IMG/VR virus record: IMGVR_UViG_3300006854_000019
DNA length: 64,000 nucleotides
Origin: a virus
Reading direction: 5' to 3' (one strand)
Shown in pieces: positions 31,496 through 40,547 of the stretch (positions are counted from its first letter, which is position 1; each line of letters starts with the position of its first letter). Below the pieces are notes generated by a model, which worked only from the letters and a program-made list of their open reading frames with translations, was not told where the DNA came from and searched no databases. Both the position numbers and the translations under genes were made by a program.

Positions 31496-33262
31496 ATGAC
31501 GACGCAGCTTTACGCCGCCGTTGAGTACCGGGTCTTGCCGCCGTGCGATGTGCCAACGGGCGCCACGAAGCAAAATCCCGCCGCGCTCGATGGCCAACCG
31601 GTCGACAAGCTGCCGAACGGCGCGCTCTGCTGGGTGAGCTCCTCGAACACGAGCTACCGCTGGATTCAGACCTCGCTCGCCTCCCCCGATGGCGTGCAGG
31701 TGATTCTCCCGGTAGGGCGGCATGTGCTTCAGCCGGGACGCTGGATCATTTCGTCGAACATCACGAGCACGACGGCCATCGCAAACCCCGTCGACACCAT
31801 CGAGCTCACGAGCGATTCGCGCCTGGTTGACGTCGACACGTCGCTTCTCACGAACGGCACGATCATCATCGTCTTGTCGGTGAACGACATGTTTCAACTC
31901 GACACCGACCCGAGTGCCGAGCTTCTTGCAGCGACCGATCAGATCACCGTCGTCCAGCCGATCCAGGTGCCGACGCATCGGTGGGTGCGGCGAAACTTCT
32001 CGAGCCTACAGTGGCGGCTTCAGGCCCAGTACAACATCAACGCGACCACGGGCAACGACGAGAACATCGGCGATTCGACCGCGCCGCTTCAGACGATCTC
32101 CGAGTGGCAGCGCCGCATCGGAAGGAACGAAATCATCCCGCAGGACATGACGATCATCATCGAAACGGATCTGCCTGCGACGGACCCGTTTTCGATCAAC
32201 TTCATCGTCGGCGATGGCGCGCTCATCAAGTTCCGAGGCCAGGAGACGGTCCTGCACTCCGGCACGTTCACGGCCACGACCAGCATCAATCGCGCAACGC
32301 AGCAGATGCAGGAAGTCGAAGACACGAACCTCGTCGGCGGCTTCGCGCCCTACGTGGGCGCCGTGATCTTCCGCGACACGGGCGCCGAGAGCGCGTTCAT
32401 CGCCAAGTCCACCGGCGCATTCACCGCGCGTACCTCGCGCTTCGGAACCGGCGCAAACGAATACAACCACCTGCCGGGCACGTACACCGAGCCCACGGCA
32501 GGCGATACGTACGAGATCTGGGACATCCCCAAGGTGCACCTCGGCATTGTAGATGTGCGCGGTCAAAGCACGACCGGCACGATCATTTCGACCTTCGCGA
32601 TGTCGCGGATCGAATTCGATGGGCTCGGCGGCATCGGGCTCATCTCGAGCTCGGGCATCGCCACGCTTTTGAACCGCTGCATTTGTAACGACATCACGCT
32701 CACCTCCGACAGCATGTACATCACGGTCACGAGCTTCGTGACCACGCAGTCCGGGTGCTTCTTCTTCAAGACCGGCGGCGTGCAGCGGAACGTTGCGATC
32801 TACCACTACGATGGCGCCGTCCTCTACGCGTGCATGGCGCTGAACGGCCCGCTCAAAGTCGGCGCTCGCTCGAACCTCACGCTCGACGTCGACACGCTCG
32901 GCCAGGGCGGCGGGCTCTGCCAACTCCAAAACGGATCCTTTTTGCAGATCGGCACCGCCTGCTCGTTCGACAGCACGAACAATAACCTCGCGGTCGAAGT
33001 GCAGCGCGGCTCCTTCGCCTACCAGGCTTCGCTTACCGACGGCATCAACGCCTACTGGGGCACCGGTAACGCCCAGCACGGGCTCGTGGTCCGGACGGGA
33101 GGCATGTACGTTTACAACGCCATCAAGCCCTCGTGTAACGATGGGCTAGGCGCCGGGCGCGAAGCGCTCATCGGCGGCGCCGATACCCTCTACGCCGGTG
33201 GTATCCCGGTGTTCAAGACGGTCGGGACGGGTGGCGGCGCTGGGGTTTGCGTCGAGGCTTAG
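31496..33262 (+). CDS. right-handed beta-helix protein, receptor-binding spike / depolymerase candidate (588 aa)
   Basis: ATG 31496 (track start 31493 is TTG). Long run of short beta-rung-like segments rich in N/G/T/S/I/V (NRCICNDITLTSDSMYITVTSFV, LTLDVDTLGQGGGLCQLQNGSFLQIG). Lone plus-strand gene between minus-strand blocks. Confidence 0.6.
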   Translation: MTTQLYAAVEYRVLPPCDVPTGATKQNPAALDGQPVDKLPNGALCWVSSSNTSYRWIQTSLASPDGVQVILPVGRHVLQPGRWIISSNITSTTAIANPVDTIELTSDSRLVDVDTSLLTNGTIIIVLSVNDMFQLDTDPSAELLAATDQITVVQPIQVPTHRWVRRNFSSLQWRLQAQYNINATTGNDENIGDSTAPLQTISEWQRRIGRNEIIPQDMTIIIETDLPATDPFSINFIVGDGALIKFRGQETVLHSGTFTATTSINRATQQMQEVEDTNLVGGFAPYVGAVIFRDTGAESAFIAKSTGAFTARTSRFGTGANEYNHLPGTYTEPTAGDTYEIWDIPKVHLGIVDVRGQSTTGTIISTFAMSRIEFDGLGGIGLISSSGIATLLNRCICNDITLTSDSMYITVTSFVTTQSGCFFFKTGGVQRNVAIYHYDGAVLYACMALNGPLKVGARSNLTLDVDTLGQGGGLCQLQNGSFLQIGTACSFDSTNNNLAVEVQRGSFAYQASLTDGINAYWGTGNAQHGLVVRTGGMYVYNAIKPSCNDGLGAGREALIGGADTLYAGGIPVFKTVGTGGGAGVCVEA

Positions 33263-33272
33263 ACCGGCTCGG

Positions 33273-33458
33273 TCATTCCATCGCCGTCGGTGCCCTGAGG
33301 ACGAACACGAAGCAGTCGTCGCAAAGCGCCGGCATGTTGTCCCAAGCGCCGTAGCACCAGCCGCAAATGTTTCCGCACCGCGTGCACTGGTAGACGCCGC
33401 CGCACCCCTCGCAACCCGGCGCATGGATCACCGGTGGGATCGATTCGGGGAGGTTCAA
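33273..33458 (-). CDS. possible small Cys-rich (zinc-finger-like) protein (61 aa)
   Basis: TTG 33458 overlapping the upstream TGA, AAGGAA upstream; CEGCGGVYQCTRCGNICGWCYGAWDNMPALCDDC. No ATG start available. Confidence 0.35.
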   Translation of the reverse strand: MNLPESIPPVIHAPGCEGCGGVYQCTRCGNICGWCYGAWDNMPALCDDCFVFVLRAPTAME

Positions 33459-33667
33459 GTGCGTTCCTTTTTGCAGTCTGGGCAGGTCGCCATGTCCGGC
33501 GAGGCGATGTACTCGCCCGTTGCCGTGCCGGTCCAGCCGCCGCCGGCGGCGTACGTGTTCGTGAAGCGCTTGCCGCAAGCCGTGTAGAGGCCGTACACGT
33601 CGGCGTTCGACAGGCGCGGGCCGCCGGGGGCATGAATGAAGGGCCAGGTTCCGATCCGTTCGCGCAT
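33455..33667 (-). CDS. small Cys-containing protein (70 aa)
   Basis: Internal ATG 33667 (MRERIGTWPF) with AAGGAG 8 nt upstream; ends ATCPDCKKERT. Confidence 0.6.
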   Translation of the reverse strand: MRERIGTWPFIHAPGGPRLSNADVYGLYTACGKRFTNTYAAGGGWTGTATGEYIASPDMATCPDCKKERT

Positions 33668-33678
33668 TGGAAATCTCC

Positions 33679-34092
33679 TTAAACAGGAACGTTGGTACCC
33701 ACGAAGGCGTGGGCCCGGCAAGCCAGTTGCTGAAGCGTTGCGGTGTCGGGCACGGCGATCTTGCCGTGCGCATCCGGCCAGATCGTACGCTCGAGCCGGA
33801 TCTCGCGCCCCTTGTACATGAGCCGCACGCGGAAACATCCGAGTGTCTCGGGAGAATAGATCACGCTGCCGAGCCGGTCCCCCGTGTAGTTGAAGACGAC
33901 CAGGGGGACGAGCGTGATCTCGAGCCGCGGCCGCGCGCGCGGGCGCGCAATGGGCGTCGGCAGTTCCCGGCACGCGTTCTCGAGCTCGAGAAGCGACTGG
34001 ACGACCAATAGCTTCCGCGGGAAGGCGCGGTGACTTGCCGCCGCCCTCCGTCGCTTTGTTTTGCGTTGCGGTCGCGCCACGTTCTCAGCCAT
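33679..34092 (-). CDS. hypothetical protein (137 aa)
   Basis: ATG 34092 (MAENVARPQRKTKRRR), overlaps the dnaN stop by 8 nt. Confidence 0.65.
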   Translation of the reverse strand: MAENVARPQRKTKRRRAAASHRAFPRKLLVVQSLLELENACRELPTPIARPRARPRLEITLVPLVVFNYTGDRLGSVIYSPETLGCFRVRLMYKGREIRLERTIWPDAHGKIAVPDTATLQQLACRAHAFVGTNVPV

Positions 34093-35176
34093 CCATGACG
34101 ATGGGCGAGATCATCGACAGAAATCCTTCGTCGGAGTCGAAGAGCAGCGGATCAGAGGGACCGCCGTGATCCAGTCGGACGATGCCGCCGGCCGAGTTCA
34201 GGATCTCGCAGACAAGCCGTGCGTTCAACCGGATCACGAAAAAGCCGTTCCCGTCGACCGGCACGACGTCTTCGCCGGTCGAGTCCTTGCCGCTCAAGGA
34301 GACCCGGATTTCGCCATTGGCGAGCTCGAGTCGCACACCGATGTCGTCCTCGGCGCTTCGGGCCGCGTACACGGCGGCGACCGATCGGGCGAGTGTGTCG
34401 GCGTCCACGCGGCACTGCAGGCCCCGCGGCGCGTTTCGCAGCACTTCTTCCCAGGGAACGAACGGCGCTTGCGGGAGCGCGGCAGCGACCACAGTTTTTC
34501 CCGACTCGGCGAAGATCCAGTGGTCGGTGGCGACGAGCGCGACGTCAGCGCCGCCGAGCATGCGGAGCGCTGGGATGGCGGGCGCCGGCACGAACATGCG
34601 GACGCCACCGGCTTCGGCCTTGATCGAAGCGGTCGCCAGCATGGCCCCGCGCGCGGCCACAGCAGTGATCGACGCGGCGGTGCCCAAGAGCTCGACGCCC
34701 ATCCAGCCCGGCCGCGATCGGTCATCACCGATGGCAAAGCCCACGCGCTTCAAGAGCCCCAAGAGTGCCTTGTGCGGCAGGGTGAAGCGCTTCGCGGCCT
34801 TCGGCGGCGCCTCGATCACCGGGTAATCCGCGCCGGGTAGGGCACCCAGCGTGTACTTGCGCTTTGCGGCCGAGAAGAGGATCCTGGAGTCCTTCGGCGT
34901 GTGTTCGAGCTTCACGACGCCCGGCGGCATGTTGGCGGTGAGCTCGCGGATCTTGACTGCGCTGACGGCCCACTTGCCCGGCGTCTCCACGCTTTCAGCC
35001 CGTGCGACCGTATGGATGGCCAGGATGGTGTTCGTGGCCGAGAAGTGCACTTCCCCGTCGGGCCGCGCGTCGATGAGCAGGCGCGAGTACATGTCGTGCG
35101 GGGATTTCGCTTCGGTCGCCAAGATGGTGACAGCGAGCGCCTCTTCGAGCGCTTTCTGTTGGATCGTGAATTTCAC
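34085..35176 (-). CDS. dnaN: DNA polymerase III beta sliding clamp (363 aa)
   Basis: GTG 35176 in GTGA overlap with upstream stop gives (M)KFTIQQKALEEAL. Three-domain length; DYPVIEAP and C-terminal ISPIVMDG resemble clamp landmarks. Confidence 0.85.
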   Translation of the reverse strand: MKFTIQQKALEEALAVTILATEAKSPHDMYSRLLIDARPDGEVHFSATNTILAIHTVARAESVETPGKWAVSAVKIRELTANMPPGVVKLEHTPKDSRILFSAAKRKYTLGALPGADYPVIEAPPKAAKRFTLPHKALLGLLKRVGFAIGDDRSRPGWMGVELLGTAASITAVAARGAMLATASIKAEAGGVRMFVPAPAIPALRMLGGADVALVATDHWIFAESGKTVVAAALPQAPFVPWEEVLRNAPRGLQCRVDADTLARSVAAVYAARSAEDDIGVRLELANGEIRVSLSGKDSTGEDVVPVDGNGFFVIRLNARLVCEILNSAGGIVRLDHGGPSDPLLFDSDEGFLSMISPIVMDG

Positions 35177-35784
35177 TTCGGATTCTCCTTGGGGATGGCC
35201 TCGACGGCGACCTTGAGCTCGTTCTCGCGGGCTGCATCGAGTTCGTTGAAGGCGCCGGTGATGAGCTCGATTTCCTCGTCGTTCCAGCTGTCGTTGACGA
35301 TCATGCACGCTTTGCCGATCATCGACTGCGCGCGCAGGGTCGAATTGAGCAGGGCGTCGCGCGCCGCGTTTGCCTCTTGGAGCGCATTGGTGAGGTGCAT
35401 CACGCGCCGCTGAAGATGGATGCAGTTCTGTTCGAGCATGGGCACGGCGCCGCGCGCACTGAAGAGTGTTTTCGTCTCGAACGCCATGAGCCCGATCTGG
35501 ATGGCGTTGCCGACGGTCCATTCGTCCGGCGCAGCGCCCTGGGTCGCCGACCGCGCCGCCTCGATGAGCTCGCGCGCGTTGTTACGGATGGCAATCAAGA
35601 AGGCGGCATCGTTGTGGCTGTAGGTCTGGTTGTGCCGGAGAACCGTGTGCACGCACCCGTGATGCTGAATCCTCAGCACACCGGCACCGCGGTGTTCGAT
35701 GTCCCCGTGGTATTCAGGGTCCCACGTCCACGGTGCCGGCGTCGCCGCCCGCTCTTTCTCGGCGAGGTCGTCGAAATCGATCAT
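35173..35784 (-). CDS. hypothetical protein (203 aa)
   Basis: ATG 35784 (MIDFDDLAEKERAATPAPWTWD) in ATGA overlap. Confidence 0.7.
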   Translation of the reverse strand: MIDFDDLAEKERAATPAPWTWDPEYHGDIEHRGAGVLRIQHHGCVHTVLRHNQTYSHNDAAFLIAIRNNARELIEAARSATQGAAPDEWTVGNAIQIGLMAFETKTLFSARGAVPMLEQNCIHLQRRVMHLTNALQEANAARDALLNSTLRAQSMIGKACMIVNDSWNDEEIELITGAFNELDAARENELKVAVEAIPKENPK

Positions 35785-36089
35785 GGGTTATGGGGGCGCT
35801 CGAGTAGCTCCATCACGTCGCCGAACAACGTCTCCGCGTCGGCCGCGTACGACACGTTGAGAAGATCGCAGAGCTTCGCCCAGCGCTCCTCGTAATCCGT
35901 CGAACGCGCTTTCCAGCCGGTCCGCTCGTCCATGACCTCTTTGACCCGCGCGGCCACGTACTCGACTGGCGTGTCCTTCGGAAGGCCCACGGTAGCGCGG
36001 ATGGTCTCAAGCTCGTAAACGAGCTTTTGGAGCATAACGCTCGATTCTTCAATGAGCGCATCGAGCTCAGCTTCATTCATCGGTATCAT
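35781..36089 (-). CDS. hypothetical protein (99-102 aa)
   Basis: ATG 36089 (MIPMNEAELD) or ATG 36080; overlaps the upstream gene end by 8-17 nt. Confidence 0.6.
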   Translation of the reverse strand: MIPMNEAELDALIEESSVMLQKLVYELETIRATVGLPKDTPVEYVAARVKEVMDERTGWKARSTDYEERWAKLCDLLNVSYAADAETLFGDVMELLERPHNP

Positions 36090-36411
36090 CGTCGTCTTCC
36101 TTTTCGTCAGTGATGGGTATTGCTTTTCGGATCGCGCGCTCAACGGCATCTTGGACAACCGTGATGATCCGGTCGCGCTCGAATTCAAGGACGCTGCTCA
36201 CGTTGTCGAGGTCTTCCCAGAGCCAGACGATCGTTTCCCGGATCGATTTGACCGGGTCGGTGCATTTGATGTAGGTATCCCCGCCGCACTCCGGGCACGC
36301 AGCGTCAAACCCTTCCCAGAAGCATTTCGTGCATAGGCGGACCGGACGGATCGCAGCGAGCTCGGCCAGTTGGACGCGGATAGCTTCGAGCTCGGTTGCT
36401 GCATCAGTCAT
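36073..36411 (-). CDS. small zinc-ribbon-like protein with acidic tail (112 aa)
   Basis: CTKCFWEGFDAACPECGG; ends EKEDDDDTDE. Confidence 0.65.
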   Translation of the reverse strand: MTDAATELEAIRVQLAELAAIRPVRLCTKCFWEGFDAACPECGGDTYIKCTDPVKSIRETIVWLWEDLDNVSSVLEFERDRIITVVQDAVERAIRKAIPITDEKEDDDDTDE

Positions 36412-36414
36412 CGA

Positions 36415-36912
36415 CTAGCCTTCCTTCGGGTGAAATGCAGCGTGGGCGCGCCGGCCCGATTCGCGGAGTTCATTCATCGTGATGGTACGGATTTGGGCGA
36501 TGAGTCTTCCCATCTCGGCCCGATATTCGTCATCGTCCCAGGCGTAGGGCCCGCGCCCCTCGGTCACCCACGAGTAGCTCACGGCGATGCGGTGGATCTC
36601 GGCGAGCGCCGCTGCGAGCCCGGTTTGGTCCCGGTCGAGCAGACCCTTGAGCCGCACGGTTTCGGCGCGTTCGGCGGCTAGCGCGCGCTTCAGGTCGGCG
36701 ACTTCTTTGTTGAGCCCGACGGCATGGCCGACGACGATCTCGTGCCACTTGTCCGCATCGCGAAGGATGCGATCGGATCCCGGACCCTCGAGAATCTCTT
36801 CCGGAAACGCAGCCATGAAAAGCTGCATGTACTTTCTCTTCCAGGTCTCGAGCTCGTCCGAGCTCCGCTTCCGTTCCGCGAGCGCGCGATTGCCCTCGTC
36901 ATCCGACATCAT
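36415..36912 (-). CDS. hypothetical protein (165 aa)
   Basis: ATG 36912 (MMSDDEGNR) with AGGAG 11 nt upstream. Confidence 0.65.
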   Translation of the reverse strand: MMSDDEGNRALAERKRSSDELETWKRKYMQLFMAAFPEEILEGPGSDRILRDADKWHEIVVGHAVGLNKEVADLKRALAAERAETVRLKGLLDRDQTGLAAALAEIHRIAVSYSWVTEGRGPYAWDDDEYRAEMGRLIAQIRTITMNELRESGRRAHAAFHPKEG

Positions 36913-36925
36913 GGTTCCGGTTCTC

Positions 36926-38542
36926 CTAAAACAGGCTGAGCTGCCGCCCCGACTTGGCGACGAACGCGATGCGCGCACGCGCAATGCTCACGAACGGCTC
37001 GTCCTCGGTGTCCTGCTTTTCAATCCCCACGAATCGAAATCCCTCCGCCCAGGCCGCCCTCCCTACCGAGCCACTCCCGCAGAAAGGATCGAGAACGACG
37101 CCGCCCGGCGGCGTGACGAGCCGCACCCGCCAGCGCTCGAGCGCATCAGGCTTCACGTTCGGGTGTGCATTGCGCACGGCGCCGGCCGTTCTTCCCGCGC
37201 CCGCTCGCGGGTTATTCACGCCGTCCGAACCAGCTTCCCGCCTCACCGCCTTCGATCCAGCCCGTGACGAAATCCCATCGCATCCCGCTTCCCGTTCGGC
37301 CCGCGAGGCCTTCGGCGTGTAGAGAAACGGGTCGCCGGGATCCTGATCCCAATCGAACTGTGGGAAGAACCTGCCGAGCTCGCCGCCCAGATCTTCTAGA
37401 AGTTTCACCGGGCAATCGTCGGAGCACTCGTTCACGCAACCGGGGGTGTGCGCAAAGAGCACATTCGGCGGGTAGCGTCCGCCCGGATGGCAGTCGATCC
37501 CATCGCCCGGCGGCGCCGCGAGCTTCTCCGCCTCCGGTTTTCGGCTATGCCCGCTTTTCCGCCACGATGCTGGCCTGTCCGGTTCGTTCCAGTCGGTCCG
37601 CACCCGGCAGGCGTCGATGTTCATCGCGCCCGTCCCATGCTTCAGCACGTTCTCGGCCACGGTTCCTTCCAGGGGCTTTCGCGCCACGACAATCGGCTCG
37701 AACCCCGGCTTCAGCGCCGTGGTCCACCCATCCCACGCCCGCGCTTCTTTCGTCGCGCCCCGGGTCACCGTGAGCTCGATCGCCTCAGCCCCTTTGCTAT
37801 CGGCCCCGACCACGTACGTGCCGCCCTTTTCCTCGATCGAGATCGCGGCATTGCCGCCGGCGGCGTAGCGGTGGATCACTTCCCGCTTCTTGCCCCACGC
37901 CGCCTTGACCATCTCCCGGGCCTGCTTGATCCGCTTCTTCCACACCGGATCCCGTTCGCCCACGGGGATCTGTTTCACCCAGCGCGTGAGAACGGCAGAA
38001 GCCTTCCACCAGCCGTCAGCTTCAGGGTTCAGCTCCAGCCATTTGCCGAACAGGTGATCGTCGATGGCCTTGCTGACGTTCAGGTATTTAGGAAAACCAG
38101 ATCCGAAAAGCCATGCCTTCGCATCCCGGATCTCGAACCCAGCATCTTCGATCCCGGCGGTCATCCGGTGGTAGGTGCGCGGCGCGCCGGTGGCAAGCAA
38201 GTAGCCGCCTGGCTTCAGCACACGCAAGAGCTCCTTCGCCCATTCGGTGCACCACGCCTGGTAGCGGCGGTTCCCTTCCAGCGTCACGTCGTACTCGACA
38301 TACGCGTCCGATGCGATGTCGCCGCCCGCGCCCGGCGGCACTTCCGTCTCCGTCCGTCCCCGCCCGCGCCCCCGGAACTTGTCCCACGTGTTGCCCATGA
38401 ACGCGATGCCGTACGGCGGATCAGTCACCACCGAATCGATGCACGCATCCGGTAGCCCCCGCAGCACCTCCAGGCAGTCGCCGTGCTCCACACACCAGCT
38501 TCGCCGGCGGCCGAGAACGTCCAGGATCTCATCGGTGCTCAC
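36926..38542 (-). CDS. N4/N6 DNA methyltransferase, beta class, with a large central insertion (538 aa)
   Basis: GTG 38542 in GTGA overlap. Motif IV DSVVTDPPYGIAF near the N-terminus and motif I VVLDPFCGSGSVGRAA near the C-terminus (order IV then I = beta class). No adjacent restriction endonuclease recognised. Confidence 0.85.
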   Translation of the reverse strand: MSTDEILDVLGRRRSWCVEHGDCLEVLRGLPDACIDSVVTDPPYGIAFMGNTWDKFRGRGRGRTETEVPPGAGGDIASDAYVEYDVTLEGNRRYQAWCTEWAKELLRVLKPGGYLLATGAPRTYHRMTAGIEDAGFEIRDAKAWLFGSGFPKYLNVSKAIDDHLFGKWLELNPEADGWWKASAVLTRWVKQIPVGERDPVWKKRIKQAREMVKAAWGKKREVIHRYAAGGNAAISIEEKGGTYVVGADSKGAEAIELTVTRGATKEARAWDGWTTALKPGFEPIVVARKPLEGTVAENVLKHGTGAMNIDACRVRTDWNEPDRPASWRKSGHSRKPEAEKLAAPPGDGIDCHPGGRYPPNVLFAHTPGCVNECSDDCPVKLLEDLGGELGRFFPQFDWDQDPGDPFLYTPKASRAEREAGCDGISSRAGSKAVRREAGSDGVNNPRAGAGRTAGAVRNAHPNVKPDALERWRVRLVTPPGGVVLDPFCGSGSVGRAAWAEGFRFVGIEKQDTEDEPFVSIARARIAFVAKSGRQLSLF

Positions 38543-38760
38543 AGTCCCGCCTTTCGCACGGCATGGGCCCACTGAAGCTCACGCCGATACTCGTCGGGCG
38601 CGTGCCAGTCGCACCGATGCTCGTACACCGCCTTGTCGATCCACGTGGCCAGCTGTTCGCACATCGAACAGTGCGGCAGCGCCGCCACGATCTCGCGCAA
38701 GAGCTCGAGCTCGGTGTGCCCACCCACGACTTCGACCGTAGCTCCCTTGAGACCCTTCAT
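38539..38760 (-). CDS. small Cys/His protein (73 aa)
   Basis: ATGA overlap at 38757..38760; HCSMCEQ...HRCDWH. Confidence 0.6.
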   Translation of the reverse strand: MKGLKGATVEVVGGHTELELLREIVAALPHCSMCEQLATWIDKAVYEHRCDWHAPDEYRRELQWAHAVRKAGL

Positions 38761-39095
38761 TCGTCCGGTTTCCCTGGTGGTGGTTTCAAGATCTTCATGT
38801 AGCCCGGCGTCTCATGCGGCAGGACCACAGCCCGTGCCCGGGCCCGGTGCTCCCGCTGCGCCGCCGGATCAAGTGCAGAAAAAAGGTTTGCGGAAGGCGC
38901 AGCCCCGATGATGCCGTGCCGCTCGGCCGCATCCTGAATCCACGCGACCTGTTTCAGGCTCAAGCGCTTGTAGAGAACCTGCTTACTCATCGCCTCGAAC
39001 GCGATACGTTCGGTCGCGGTCAAGCACGGCTCGTCCGCATCTTTGGCGATGAGCCGCTCGAGAAGCTCCCGGACGTCGGGTTCCGCGTCGGTCAT
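38757..39095 (-). CDS. hypothetical protein (112 aa)
   Basis: ATGA overlap at 39092..39095; MTDAEPDVRELLERL. Confidence 0.65.
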   Translation of the reverse strand: MTDAEPDVRELLERLIAKDADEPCLTATERIAFEAMSKQVLYKRLSLKQVAWIQDAAERHGIIGAAPSANLFSALDPAAQREHRARARAVVLPHETPGYMKILKPPPGKPDE

Positions 39096-39523
39096 CGCTT
39101 CTTGCCCGGGCGGCGTTTCTTTGGCTTGGGCTTTCGTGCCTTCAGAAGGGCAGCGACATCGATCCCGTTCGCCCGTGCTGCGCGGGATACCTTCGCGAGT
39201 TTGAACCGAAGCTTATCGATCCGGTCCTCCAATTTCATGACTTCGACCTGGTCCATGAGGCCGTACTGGTATCTCAGGAGCTGTTCCGCATCTTTCTCGC
39301 CTTGCCGGCTCATCCATTCGTTCCAGTCCTGCTCTCTCCTGTAGTCGCGGTCCAGCTCCTCGTTCTGCTCGCGGAGCTCCCGGATGGTGGCCCGGGCTAG
39401 ATTCAGCTGAACGCCGAGCGAGAGAAGCTTGATGTTGTTCTCGCGGACCTTGCTCTTCCAGTGCTCGCAATCTTTCTCGAGCGCAGTGAACTCGGACAAC
39501 GAAACAATGCGCCCGTCGGTCAT
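39092..39523 (-). CDS. coiled-coil protein with KPKPKKRRPGKKR tail (143 aa)
   Basis: SLSEFTALEKDCEHWKSKV N-terminus, coiled coil, basic tail; paralogue of the next gene. Confidence 0.7.
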   Translation of the reverse strand: MTDGRIVSLSEFTALEKDCEHWKSKVRENNIKLLSLGVQLNLARATIRELREQNEELDRDYRREQDWNEWMSRQGEKDAEQLLRYQYGLMDQVEVMKLEDRIDKLRFKLAKVSRAARANGIDVAALLKARKPKPKKRRPGKKR

Positions 39524-39894
39524 CGCTTCTTGCCAGGTTTGCGCTTCTTCGGCTTCGGCTTCGCTTTCGGCTTTGGTCGCGGCTTTCGCTTCGGGGGCTT
39601 CGGCGGGGCAGCAACGTTAGCTGCGCGGGCTTCCGCGAGTGCCTGCTCGAGCTCGCGAATCCGGGCGTTCAAGGTATCGACCTCCCGGGCCCGCTCGTCG
39701 GCCCGATCCCCCAGTCGCCGGAAAATAACATTGAAGTCCGCTTTCGCACGATCCAGTGTGTCCTGAGACTTCGCGACCTCTTTCTGCGCCCACGCATTGG
39801 CCGCGTCCACCTTACCCTTCCAGTAATCGCGATCCTTTTCGAGCGCGGTGAACTGGGAAAACGTGATGCGTGGATTCGTGCGCTTCGGTGTCAT
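39520..39894 (-). CDS. coiled-coil protein with KPKPKKRKPGKKR tail (124 aa)
   Basis: Internal ATG 39894 (MTPKRTNPRITFSQFTALEKDRDYWKGKV); paralogue of 39092..39523. Confidence 0.65.
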   Translation of the reverse strand: MTPKRTNPRITFSQFTALEKDRDYWKGKVDAANAWAQKEVAKSQDTLDRAKADFNVIFRRLGDRADERAREVDTLNARIRELEQALAEARAANVAAPPKPPKRKPRPKPKAKPKPKKRKPGKKR

Positions 39895-39946
39895 CGGACT
39901 CACCCGCACCCTACGCGGCCGCACGAGAAGTCCTTCCCCGATCCAG

Positions 39947-40174
39947 CTAGCAGAGGACGCCATCGTCCCAGAGCGCCACGACTTCGCCGTTCTTCACGGC
40001 GCGCACCATCCCCCCAAACCGTAGCGCCGTGGTCGCCGCAGCAGTCAAGTGCGGCGCGCCCGCAATCAGGATCCACACGCCATCGCGCTGCCGCTCGAGC
40101 TGGAGCGCATACGCCGCCACGGGTTTGAAACCCACGAACGCCATTCGCCCAAAATCCCCAGACGTCCACTTCAT
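39947..40174 (-). CDS. hypothetical protein (75 aa), first gene of the 40.2-to-33.3 kb minus-strand block
   Basis: Internal ATG 40174 (MKWTSGDFGRMAFVGFKP) with AAGGGAG upstream. Confidence 0.55.
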   Translation of the reverse strand: MKWTSGDFGRMAFVGFKPVAAYALQLERQRDGVWILIAGAPHLTAAATTALRFGGMVRAVKNGEVVALWDDGVLC

Positions 40175-40227
40175 GTTTCGACTCCCTTTTCTTCCCGGCG
40201 CGTTAACGGGCACGCCGAAAGGAAACG

Positions 40228-40255
40228 TTGACATCGGTGACAGCATTGATAGCAT
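40228..40255 (+). promoter_or_regulatory. promoter-like motif TTGACA-N16-TAGCAT (with TG extension) at the 40.2-kb divergent region
   Basis: TTGACA 40228..40233; TGATAGCAT with -10 at 40250..40255. An ATG 7 nt downstream opens only a 20-codon ORF before the first long gene. Confidence 0.45.
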
Positions 40256-40334
40256 AGCCACCATGCCCGGATCGAGGGAATTGTGTGACCCGCGCGAGGG
40301 AAGGACTCCGCCAGCGCGCCCGTAACCCACGGTC

Positions 40335-40547
40335 ATGAAGCCATCCCCCGATAACCCGTACACGCCGAACATGCGCGGCTGCCTGCTCGCGCTTGCTTCC
40401 GGCAGAAGCCTTGCTCTCTACGGCTTGCCCACGAAGCTTCGCCTCGTGAAGTATGGGCTGGCCCGCTGGGTCGATAAACCGGTCACGCTCGAGATCACGG
40501 ACGCCGGCCGCGCGAAGCTCGGGGAAGAGGGGCTGCCGTGCCGATAG
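40335..40547 (+). CDS. hypothetical protein (70 aa), first gene of the plus-strand block
   Basis: ATG 40335, about 80 nt downstream of the promoter-like motif at 40228..40255. Confidence 0.6.
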   Translation: MKPSPDNPYTPNMRGCLLALASGRSLALYGLPTKLRLVKYGLARWVDKPVTLEITDAGRAKLGEEGLPCR

